Source: Lepidodermella squamata
Lineage: Eukaryota; Animalia; Gastrotricha
Reading direction: 5' to 3'
NCBI GenBank assembly: GCA_047495785.1
Contig: JBLDXI010000011.1
Coordinates: 1,116,001-1,180,000, forward strand
DNA length: 64,000 nt
In this document: positions 23,701 through 34,197 of the stretch, piece after piece
Numbering within the stretch: the stretch's first letter is position 1
Layout: every line of letters starts with the position of its first letter
The notes under the pieces: model-generated
What the model was told of the DNA's origin: nothing
Databases searched by the model: none
The model's input: only the letters and a program-made list of their open reading frames with translations
Position numbers and translations under genes: made by a program

Positions 23701-26700
23701 CAAAGACAAAATTTCTACGCTGCAGTTGGCTCTGGGCCCTCAACTTGCGCTGAAAACATAATGGCAGGTCTTTATCTGAATGCCTCTGTTGGGTTCACTG
23801 TCAGCTCGTCCGTCCAAAATTCACCACCCCAAGTCATGGTAACCAATGGTATGCCATGGGTACCAGCTCCCACCGATACAGCCCCATGGATCAGAGTAAG
23901 CATTGATCTATGAAATGTTTGCATTCATCTTTTTATATTGACGATGTTAAGATTCGTTTCTCCCAAACCGTTTACATGCGAGCGATTAGCGTTATCGGTA
24001 GCTCTCTAGGGCTTGTAAGCACCTACCGTCTCCAATTTAAAGCGAATAGTGGAGCAACAAATTGGGACGACTTTTATGTAAAACGTGCTGCAGCCATGTT
24101 TGTGAAGGAAAGTTACATAATGTTCGCGGGCAGTGCGAACAGTAACATCAAAAACAATCAAGAAATATGCCCGCGTGCTCTTGTTGCCGAAATTCAACTG
24201 ACGCCACTTTCATGGGTGAACAAAGCGGCGGTTCGAATCGATCTCAAAGGCTGCGACACGTCCATCTCAGGTTTGGAACATTTCACAAACCGGGAATGGT
24301 TACTGTGAATCTGATTTATCCTTCTACTAGTGAGCTCATTTTGCGAATGTTGGAATGAGCTGCTGCTTCACACCAATACAACCTTCTGGTCAGCAACAGA
24401 GCAAAGCACGTTTCCGTTTTTACCTGAGTCGGAGGGCGCTGACTCTGTGTTAGACGCGAACGCTAAAGCGGCACCGCTGAAGAGGGAACAGTTATCAGAT
24501 AGCTCATACCCGAACGGCTGGTTGCCTGTCACTGTGGATAACGCGAACTACTGGCAGGTTTCCTTTTCCGTGGTCAAGGTTATTGCTGGGCTCGTGATGA
24601 CTGGTAGAAGGGTGGCTGGCGAGAACAACTACATAACATCCTACTATATCCAATGGTCACCAAATGGCTACAGCTACACATACAACTATTACTTGAATTC
24701 TGAAGGATCCCCTAAAGTTAGTCTGTTGCAATCTGAACTTTCAAACAACTTTCATTAAATTATTTCAGCTTTTCCCTGGACCTAGCACATCGAACGGGAT
24801 CTTACAACAAACCTTCTGCCCACCGATCAAAGCGATATCGTTCAGAATTTTACCCGATAGTTATAAAAATCAACCTGGTCTATTGTTAGACCTGTTTGGC
24901 TGCAACGGACGTGGCAAGAGATGTAATATTTTACGTGTTGATATAGCGTTAGAAATGTAAAGTTCGTCATAAAACAGGCTTTGATTGTTGTAATGAGGTT
25001 GGAACTTGCCAGTGCTTCTGTCCGGCTGGTTACACCGGTTCAACTTGCAGCACGCCGATGACTGATCCAATCAATTATTACATAGACGCTCCTCCGCCTG
25101 TTTGTGAATCGACTGATCTACTCCCTATAGCCTTCGCGAAACAATGGGGTGGTAACGGTGTTACTGCATCAAGCGCACAAGAAGACCCGAAATATGCTGT
25201 GTTCGGGCAAGATCCGGAAAAGGGTTGGATTCCATTGACCACAGACGTTAGGCCATACATCGAAATCGATATCGGAAAGGTCATGTCAGTCAGCATGATT
25301 CAGCTGTCTGGGAATAGCAATGCGCGAGTAACCTCGTACGGAGTTTGGTTCAAAGTTCCAAACAAGGGTGATAATATGTTTTACCCGGTTCTCACTACTC
25401 AGACGGACCCAACCTCGCCAGTCAAAGTGAGCTTAGTTTCCATTTTTTCATTGATAGATAATTGAATTCATTCAGCCAATACCTGGGGCTCGTGGGATTT
25501 CGTCTACCAGATACATTCCGTTCAGATTCTGCCCTACTCTGCGCACTGATGTTTTGCGCATTCAGCCGTTTCAGTATTTGAACCAGCGAGTTATGAGATT
25601 GAAAGTTTTTGGCTGCCCGCCCCATGCTTCATGTTCTACCTGCTGTACTAACTCTGCCGGTTGTACCTGTTCTTGCCCGGTTGGGTATCAAACTAATTAC
25701 CAGAGCTCAAGCGTTGCCAACCCCTGGGAACATTGCGGTAGGACTCGAAAATTAGAGCGTCCAATTTTGATATAATATATGTCTATCATAGAGCAATGGT
25801 CCTTCCAGCCCATCGATTGCGAAGATCTGGCTTTTCACCAGCCGACTTTACCTAGTGGCGAATATACGATTTACCCACCAGGAATGCCGGCAATGAAAGT
25901 GTATTGCGAAATGGCGGCTTTTGGCGGAGGCTGGACTGTTATCCAACGGCGTATTGATAAAACGCAAGATTTCTATCAAACGTGGGCAACATACAAGGCA
26001 GGGTTCGGAACTCTCTCCACCAACTTCTGGTTTGGCAATGACAAAATCCACAATCTAACAGCTGGGATAAATAAATACACGCTGCTTGTCGTGCTAACTG
26101 CTGCTGATGACACTGTAGCAATAGCTCATTACGATCAATTCTTGATTGAAAGCGAAAGTGATAAGTATCGACTGAGATTGGGGAATTTTGTCTGCGGGAA
26201 TGCGCAAGATTCGCTCAGCTATCATAAGAATTATGAGTTTGCCACAAAGGATAAAGATGCGCCTTTTCGATGTGCTCAAGCTTACTACGGCGCCTGGTGG
26301 TACGGGGAATGTCATCAAAGGTTTGCTGGCCATTCAAAATTATTAAAGAATGTTTCACATTATTCCTATGAAGCAATCTCAATGGGATATATGGGTCGAG
26401 GGACTTCGGCCAAGGTATCAATTGGCTGACATTCCGAGGTTATTACGAGTCAGTCAAAACTGCCCGAATGATGATTCGTAGATCCCCGATGCCTTACTCA
26501 CTGCCAAGTTAATAAGCAATTTTTTATTTTTCCATATTAAGCTATTTTTGCAAACAGATTTCTCGCCTACATATCCTTACCCCGTCGATTGTCAAGACAT
26601 TTTGTTCAATAACCCAAATGCTGGTTCGGGGATTTATCGAATCTACCCCACAGACGTCTCTCTTTCCACTGTTGTAAATGTCTATTGTGATATGGCAGCT

Positions 26701-29700
26701 TTAGGAGGAGGATGGACTTCCATAGCTCGTCATTACGATGCGACAGTGAATTTCACACAAAATTGGGACACATATTCGAAGGGGTTTGGCAGCCCGAGTG
26801 GAAATTTCTATCTCGGCAATGATAACATTAGAACGCTCACGGATTTCAAAAAGACTAACCTGCCATACACATTGGCTATAGTTATGGAGGATTCGACGGG
26901 CGAAAAGCGGACTGCCTATTACACAAATTTCTACATTGGAGACTCAACAGCTTTTTATGATCTGAACTTTGGAAGTTACGTATCGAATGAAATTGAACTG
27001 CCCGGTAATTTCACAAAATTGCTCAGTTAGCTGTAAAATGTTTGTAATCAAGGTGATGCCCTGTCGGTCCACAAAGGGAATGTTTTCAAAACCTATGATA
27101 AGTCGAGCAGTGACTATTGCCCGAAAGCTCGCAGTGGTGGCTGGTGGTTCGATCAAGATATGTATGCGACAAACAGCGGTTACTGCTTGGAATCAAATGC
27201 GAATGGAGCATACGGAAATACAGACTTCGAAATGGGCATGAATTGGGTGACGTGGAAAGGCCGTTATGAATCACTGAAAAGCATTGTTATGCTGATGAAA
27301 CGACCAAGTAGATTTTCGCTCGTAACTGTGGATTTTTAGTTGACAATTTTTTTGAAGATGAGAAACCGGTTGACTGTCAACATATTCTGGCCCAGTATGG
27401 CGGCACTGCAACGGATCAGCGGTATTGGATGTACCCGTTAGGTCTAAGGTCCACTCGATTGCCGTGTCAAATGTCGGCTGATGCCACCAACTCGAAAGGA
27501 TGGACTGTATGACTGCTTCGTCTCTCTAATATAACCTTCATCTTTTTTCTTTAAGCTTGTTGCTCGACGAACAGCATACGCTATTGATTTCGAAAGAAAT
27601 TGGCAGGATTACAAGGATGGTTTTGGAGACAACGGTCTCGGTGGATCAGATTTCTACTTCGGTTTGTCCTAATATATTGTCAAGCTAATCCCGCCATTTT
27701 TTGAATCGGGATAGGTAACGAAAATCTGTACAAGCTCACAAATTCTGCCTCTTACTCACTACGAATAATTATGAAATCTCAATCTGGATCATCTGCGACT
27801 GTTTACTATGACAATTTCCGGCTCTCGAGTGAGGCCGATTTCTACCGACTCTTTGTATCGGGGTTCACTCTGGGTGGCGGAACTGCAGGTAGGGAGAATG
27901 AGATTATACGAACTCTTTGTATTTGATAATGTTGAGCAGGAGACTCTCTTTCCGTTCACAATGGGTTGCAATTCTCAACTGCTGACAAGGGACCCTCTCA
28001 GGACTGTGCAAAGGCCTCGTTAGGGGGATGGTGGTTCCAAACTGGTTTTACCTGCTTCGATTCATTTTTATTTGGCAAACTTAATTCGAGTGCTGATTTC
28101 CCTTCGAAATGGTCATCATTTGCTAGCGGATTGACTCTGAAAGAAGTATCAATGGCAGTGAAACGCCGCATCGTTATCGATGCCTACAGTGCTAAATCAA
28201 CAGCCCTGTGCGGGGCGATGCAAGTGACGCAGCACACCTGCGATCATCCATTCAAATACGACGGAGGGGATACCATTCGAATGCCTCTGCCCAATATAGG
28301 GAACGGATTTTTTACTGGAACGGACATCATTTGCACGCGTAAGAATAAAATTCGACGTTTTTGAACTGATGTCGCTGATTTTTCTCGGTAGCTTATCCTC
28401 AGCCACAAGACTGCGCTTATCTGCAATCGACGCTAACAGGGACCACGAAATACTTTTCCAATACCCAAACTAACCTGTACAGCTCAGTAAGTGGAGCCTT
28501 CACAGCTTACTGTGACATGGAAATGATGGGAGGTGGATGGACTGTTATTCAACGCCGAGTTAATAACAAGCAAACCTTCTTGCAAGACTTTACCGGCTAT
28601 GAATTATCTTTTGGGAGCTACAAGAATAACTTCTGGCTGGGCAATAGCGTTATTCGAGCTTTAACTCAAGCGGATAAGTATCAGCTGCTTGTTGAACTTC
28701 AAGATGCTAGCAACAACTACGCATTCGCTTTGTACGACTTATTCTACACAACTTCGAGCGTCAGTGTACTTAAGCTAAGGTGAGTTCAGCAAGACTAATC
28801 AATGTAAATTGTGAATTTTGCTTTTCAGTGGCTATCAGGTTTGTTCAACAGCCGGTGACTCTCTAACAACTTTAACTGACAAGGCTTTTATCGTAAGTTT
28901 AGACGCTTCATATCCAATGGCCAAGGTCTCTTTTGTTGATAGGTTGATGACTGTGGAACGGGCGGTTGGTGGAGATCCGCTCCTTGCCAATGGCCGTCTC
29001 TAACTTCGAACTTGAACGCCCCTTACGTGTCGACATCTTCGTGTGATCGGGGTATCTACTGGTGGACCTACGGCGGGGCTTACTGCCCTAACCTGGCTTA
29101 CACTTCCATGAAGATTCGTCCGAAATCCGCTGCTAGTGTGCGCTTCGTGGCAGCTAGCAATTTCTCATGCGCGACAACATCTTTCCAATCTCTGGGTGTT
29201 GGGTCGGGAGACGCTTGCCAGAAACTATGTGCTGACGAACCTAATTGCAAATTGGCGGTTTACGACAAGAGCAATAACAATTGCTCCCTCCAGTCATCAA
29301 TTTGCGTGCCTGGGGATGGCAAAGGCAGCATAAATGGCAACAGAGATACGTTCTTCAGGATGGACAGCTGCACTAGCATTTCACCAACTTGCGGACCTAA
29401 TCCGTCTATGGTAAGTGTATATCAACTATTTTAGGGCTAAGTAAATCAGGTGGAATTTCCAAGGATGGCACAACTCAAGAAATCATCAATATGCCAACGA
29501 ATCTCACCGTTCGGTACACATGCATGCCTGGCTATACTAATGCAGCCTGGAATGGGGATAATACTACCCTTTACTGTATGGAGAAGAAAATTGCATACGT
29601 TGTAGTATTTTAATGTCTGCCCTTTCCAGGTGACCAATCAAAAAAGCGCTGGGTGGGAAGGTTCCTGGATTGTCAAACCCTATGCGGACCATATCCAGTA

Positions 29701-30503
29701 ATTGCTAATGCCCAGTTATCGCCAGATATTACCGTCAGCGGGGGTACGATGACCCTTTATTACACCTGCAATGTAGACTATGAATGGGTTGCTGGCGATC
29801 TTACACGAATTTGCGGTTTGTCTGCTACCTCATTCCTTTCTGTTTTGAAGTTCTGTGTCTGCAGAGCCTCCTTATAACGGATTCAAAGGAGATACTCTGA
29901 ACTGCTCCTCAACATTGTGCCCGACACTGCCTTTCGTCGACTTCAGCACTTACAACGTCAGTGCTACTGGAGCTCCGATTAATAGACGATTCACCATCGT
30001 TAACTTCACATGCGATAAGGGATATCTCTTTGAACAAACGCTGTTGAAATCATCCCTCATTCAGTGCGATGAGAAGAGTACCTGGTCGCCGTCAGATCCT
30101 GGAGCTTGCATCCGTTAGCGGATATTTATTTTTTTATTGTTTGAAAAAGTATCGATTTAATTTGCAAATACAGCTTTCCACTGCGGACTGTCGCCCTATG
30201 TTGACAATTGCGTCATTTCACCAGATGCCGCATCCACGCCGAAAATATGGGAATATATGACAACTATATTTTACATGTGCAAGAATGAACAGGTTCTTGA
30301 TCCACTTCTCTGGGACAACAACGTCACGATCGCGTGTGTTGGCAACGAAACTTGGGGCGTTGTCGACTATGTCGGGCCTAATGGACCGAGACCGAAAGAT
30401 TGGCTGCCATCTAAATGCAAAGGTTAAATGGGTTAAAGTTAAATCAGGCTCAGCTCACAACTGAGGCTTGAAAACATTTCGTTGCTCAGAGCTTGGGCAA
30501 TGA
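8749..30503 (+). CDS. Giant multi-exon secreted mosaic protein: SP-LamG-EGFx~21-CTLDx8-FA58Cx3-FReDx4-PAN-CCPx4 (gene span, roughly 75-80 exons)
   Basis: Signal peptide MPLKTALQALIALIGLADFAGA. Frame stays continuous across the splice junctions checked by hand. The last CCP exon (..WLPSKCK) splices to E-L-G-Q-TGA at 30490-30503. No transmembrane segment seen. Not every junction was verified. Confidence 0.8.
9701..10087. mobile_element. hAT(Charlie)-like MITE containing a 43-bp tandem duplication (9722-9807)
   Basis: Ends CAAGGTTCCCAAAC / GTTTGGGAAACGCTG resemble hAT-Charlie termini; TSD not clear. Confidence 0.5.
10261..11151. mobile_element. Nested TIR element with GCAGCGC subterminal repeats
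   Basis: GTTGCCCAAATTTTAAATCTGCAG vs CTGCAGGTTTCGAAATTGGGCGAC; absent from the homologous arm at ~7050-7080. Confidence 0.55.
11904..12079. mobile_element. MITE, CGTTAGCGTCGTTGAA family
   Basis: ~37-bp TIR (CGCTAGCGTCGTTGAATAACTCGGATTTAGGCTTGTT), ATAT on both flanks; second member at 38568-38703. Confidence 0.75.
12182..12952. mobile_element. Possible TIR element in intron 3
   Basis: TAAATGTTGACCAAAGTTGTT ... AACAACTTCGGTCAACATTTA. Confidence 0.45.
18359..18823. mobile_element. Fold-back/MITE with ~150-bp TIRs whose inner ends are tRNA-derived
   Basis: AAGTCCGCGTGGTCACGTGGCATGAATA ... TATTCATGCCACGTGACCACGCGGACTT; both arms end in GGTCCCGGGTTCGAATCCTCC. Confidence 0.8.
18495..18559 (-). 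pseudogene. Degenerate tRNA-Met(CAT)-like sequence
   Basis: AGCACTATTGCACAGTGG (A box) ... TGGGTCCATACCCAGTGGTC ... GGTTCGAATCC (B box). The acceptor stem cannot pair. Confidence 0.55.
23727..25735 (+). other. Three F5/8 type C (discoidin) domains with interspersed EGF-like modules
   Basis: PWIRIRF...LTPLSWVNKAAVRIDLKGC; GWLP...YWQVSF...ITSYYIQWSPNG; GWIP...PYIEIDIG...VTSY...RLKVFGC. Confidence 0.85.
25810..29125 (+). other. Four fibrinogen C-terminal (FReD) domains
   Basis: DC...SG.Y.I...VYCEM..GGGWTVIQRR...F...W..YK.GFG...NFWFGN and GAWWY/GGWWF motifs, four times. Confidence 0.9.
29140..30422 (+). other. PAN/apple-like domain followed by four Sushi/CCP domains
   Basis: ACQKLCADEPNCKLAVYDKSNNNCSL; CGP.P...Y.C..GY...C...W...C, e.g. 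CPTLPFV...FTCDKGY...IQCDEKSTWSPSDPGAC. Confidence 0.75.
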
Positions 30504-30826
30504 AGATGAACGTCATTGATAAAATTGCACCTTGGGCTAATTTTCTGTTGCTTCTTTTCGTTTATCCCCTCCGCTGATGGGAAGCGATGATGATTGACCT
30601 CCACGTGGTGCTTCCTGGATCCGCTGTAGCGGAACTGACAAATCATCAGCCATTAATGATGGAAACTGTTTACTATTTAATTAATTTGTTCATTTTTTTA
30701 AAGCTGTTACGCCCAAGAGAGGGCAGCTCGACATCGTTGGGCAAAACAACATCTAATTGCGAGATAGTTAGGACAAGAAAGCTGTGGTAGGAGAAGACAA
30801 GAAAGTTATATGCGGATTCATTTGTG

Positions 30827-31362
30827 ATATTGATAATTGATGAGTTACGAATTTGTTTAAGTGCTATGACAATGGGGCTAAGATTTTTAGACTCCTAGAT
30901 TTTTAGACGAAGGACGAATCGTTTAATATAAAAATTTGACTTTTTTCTACTCCTGCGTTTTTTTAATTTAATCACGCTCAGCCATGCATCGCCTAGGCGA
31001 ATTATGACTTTATGCCTGCGTTATGCCTGGTTAACGCCCGAGCGGAGCTATAGTAACGCCTGAGCTTACCACCAAGCGTTACTTTTTACTGAAAAAAGCT
31101 CTTCAGGTAACGTTTGGGAGCAACTTCAGGCGTTACTATAGCTCAACTCCGGCGTTAACCAGGCATAACGCAGGCATAAAGTCATAATTCGCCTAGGCGA
31201 TGCATGGCTGAGCGTGATTAAATTAAAAAAACGCAGGAGTAGAAAAAAGTCAAATTTTTATATTAAACGATTCGTCCTTCGTCTAAAAATCTAGGAGTCT
31301 AAAAATCTTAGCCCCATTGTCATAGCACTTACACAAATTCGTAACTTATCAATTATCAATAT
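30827..31362. repeat. ~536-bp near-perfect palindrome followed by (ATCAATT)n stutter and a third diverged arm copy
   Basis: 30827-~31037 is the reverse complement of ~31152-31362 with very few mismatches. Stutter at 31364-31395; diverged arm at 31396-31442. Confidence 0.9.
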
Positions 31363-31651
31363 GATCAATTATCAATTATCAATTATCAATCAATTAGGCA
31401 TAAAGTCGAAATTCGCCTAGGCGTTACATGGCTGAGCGTGATGCATTTGCAGTTTTAAAAATGCAGCCAAAGGCCTTGTTGTTATTGCTAAAACCCCATT
31501 TTTTACAGGAGGCCTGTCACGTCCTGTCACGGCCTGCCGTTGACTGCTTCATTTCGGCATGGTCCCTTAGGGATGTCATACTCTGTTTTATTAGCTATTA
31601 GCTCGGTTTGTAAATGCAATATCTTAATAATTGACCAATAAAATACTATTA

Positions 31652-31942
31652 CATTGTAGGCCGGGTTTGCAGGGTCAAAGTACAACTTTAAAAATAGCGC
31701 GTGACGGTTAAAAATAGCTCTACTCTGTAACGTTATATGTGTAGCCTTATTTTTCAAATTTTTCAGATTTTTCAAACTATTTTAGAAATTCCACTATTAA
31801 AATAACCCAGCATTCTCAAGATACTTTTCAATAATCTGGAGAATCTGGAGAATTTGAAAAATAATTCTAACAACTAGCTGTATTATTTAAATAGCGTGAA
31901 TCATGCTTTGGACTTTGACCTTACGAAACCCGGCCTACAATG
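31652..31942. mobile_element. Tc1/mariner-type MITE, 291 bp, TA TSD
   Basis: TIR CATTGTAGGCCGGGTTT; empty site ATACTATTACATGACAACC at ~54286 and inverted at ~51210. Confidence 0.9.
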
Positions 31943-32791
31943 TACATGACAACCGCAAAATTGAATTCAACAAGCTGTTCCACGGTAAAAATGGAAGTGG
32001 CATCATACAATGGAAGGGAAGGAGCCTTAGCGATAATACCTGTTGCCGCCTTTCTATCGATGTGAGGATCGCTGATGGCTAATGGTTTCGCTGATCGCAG
32101 CTTGCCCGTGAAGATGAACAATTATTTGATTGATGTAAACTTGAAAACTCTATGAATCACAATATGACAACGTGTCTCGTCTGCTGACTTTCCTGATGAA
32201 ACAGGGGGATGAGTACCTATAGCAAAAGCAAACGATTTCAAACCTAGCCTTAGCATTAAGCATTAATGTGCCCGCTGAAAACGTTTAACCCCGACCTCTG
32301 AAACGGCTCCAAATGACTCTGGCTCTTGGCACGAAAACTAGTGGCTGCACTTTTTTTCTCTTGTAGAGCTTCCAAACCTGGATATCACGCTCTTTAAATA
32401 AATAAATAAATAAAGAACTTTCACGCATTTCGGTTTTTCTTTAGCTATTTTTAGCTCGCCCAGAGTATTATTCCGCGAACGCCCTGTATTATCACACGAT
32501 CATGTACTGACCAAATCGCATCCCTTGGCAAAATTCCAAATTCGCACATTGTCAAAATTCGTTTTATTAGCTTCGCAGGTATGCATTTTTGTAAGGAGGA
32601 GAATGCCGAAACATAATTCTCGTCCATTTTAGCTACATACAGGCTAAGCCGCGATGTATAATTTCATCAGCTTCAAATTATTACATTAACAGACATAATA
32701 GGCATCCTTTAGATATTTCTCGTTCTACATGCTGATTATAATTATTTGGAAGCTGAAGAAATTAACAGTTGAGTTACAAATTGTAGCGGAA

Positions 32792-33740
32792 TTACGCTGG
32801 TGTGGTTGATGAGCACTTTTCGAAGTTGGTGATGCCGTATGCTGATGCAGTACCCCAAGTATTTACGTTCAGATTTTGTGCGTCCTTTTGACCACCGAAT
32901 ATTCCAGTACAGCAGGCAGCAAAAGTAGAGTAAATGTACACACTGGCGCTGTTAGATTGAACAGTGTTCTGGGAAAAATACACTTATTGACAGTTAGCGT
33001 GCAATCTTTGGCAAACTCACAATGCCCGTAGTAGCGATTCCGTCAGCATTAGCGTTGGCCGTATAAGGAAAGCGGACGCAGTAACCGATTCTTGTACCGC
33101 CGTTTGCTACTCTGTACGGAGTAGTATCTACACCGCCAACACAGACCAGTGTAGGATTGCTGGTGCCCTGTTTCGGAAGGTATTCATATACGATATTTGC
33201 CGTTTGGCCGCTCGCAACAGTATTTGTACAGCAAGTGCCAAAGTCAGTGTAGCTGTTAGGCACACTCGCCGTCGCGGTTGCTTGCTGATTGAGATGCATA
33301 AAAAATAGCGAATGGCTAATTCAAAATATGTTCATGTCTTACAGCGACGCCGCTTGTGAATACCGAAGTACACGTCGCTCCGCTGGCGATACAAAACTTC
33401 AAGTTGGCCTGCTGAATAGCCGGGGTTGGCGTTGTAGCTCCTTGAGTGGTGGCAATATTGCAGAGTTGGTATGTAACCTGAGCGCATCAGAAGCAAAATT
33501 TGCAGGTGGCATTTAATGCATCAGATGTTTTACGGTTGTCTGGCAGCTTTTCGTCGTATCACTGCAAAGGTTGCTCGTTGGAACGCAGCTTTTGCTCGAC
33601 GTGTCACACTGGTTTGCCGTGGTTGTGCACGCCGATCCAGAAGCGCATGTGCCAGTAGGACATGGCGTGCTCGTAGAAGCAGGGCACGCGTCAACTGCAA
33701 CACCAGCGGCGAGAGCGATCACCAAATACAAGTAGCTCAT
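32792..33740 (-). CDS. Copy A: secreted Cys/Thr-rich protein, 260 aa, 4 exons
   Basis: Same spliced model as copy E; signal peptide MSYLYLVIALAAGVAVDA. Confidence 0.88.
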
Positions 33741-33998
33741 GACTTATTGAAAGAAAAAAATCTGCCTGATATCATTGTTTCTTTTCGAAACGCAATCTTA
33801 TAAAATGATCGAGTCTTGTCTGCTCTTTTACTGCTCAAAATTAGAGTTTCTGACGACGGGAAGATCTTTCTCATGTATTGAATAGCAGATACCACTAACG
33901 AGGAGCGAACGTGAAAGAAAACGTTCGTCATTAATGACAGACACCGCGCAACATCTTACGGGTTTTTTGTTTTGGGTCTTGTCTGAACTATTATCTGT

Positions 33999-34197
33999 CG
34001 TTAGCGACGCGTCAAAACAACCACTTGGACGACTCATTCGATCGTACTTTGACGAGCCGAACGTGAAGAATGAGTACGTTCGGCTTTTTCAGCACTGATC
34101 GTACCCATCGTAATTTGCATTTACGTTCAAGAGCCGAACGTACTTTCCGTAAAAAAGCTACAAATAGTAAAGTGGTTGTTTTGGCGCGTCGCTAACG
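33999..34197. mobile_element. MITE upstream of the amplified gene (full in A-C, partial in D-F)
   Basis: TIR CGTTAGCGACGCGTCAAAACAACCACTT / AAGTGGTTGTTTTGGCGCGTCGCTAACG, CTGT on both flanks. Confidence 0.75.

Noticed and set aside
24915-24977. Second GC-AG intron
   Set aside because: A GT donor 9 nt downstream is also in frame and gives RCFDCC, matching the paralogous CSTCC motif.
8749-30503. Stop-codon reassignment or many small separate genes, suggested by fragmented ORFs
   Set aside because: The breaks are explained by short spliceosomal introns, and conserved Trp positions use TGG.
33289-34037. Repeated ORFs MRCIKNSEW, MHQMFYGC, MTNVFFHV and MSRPSGCF
   Set aside because: They are antisense shadows or upstream/MITE sequence and recur only because the unit is duplicated.
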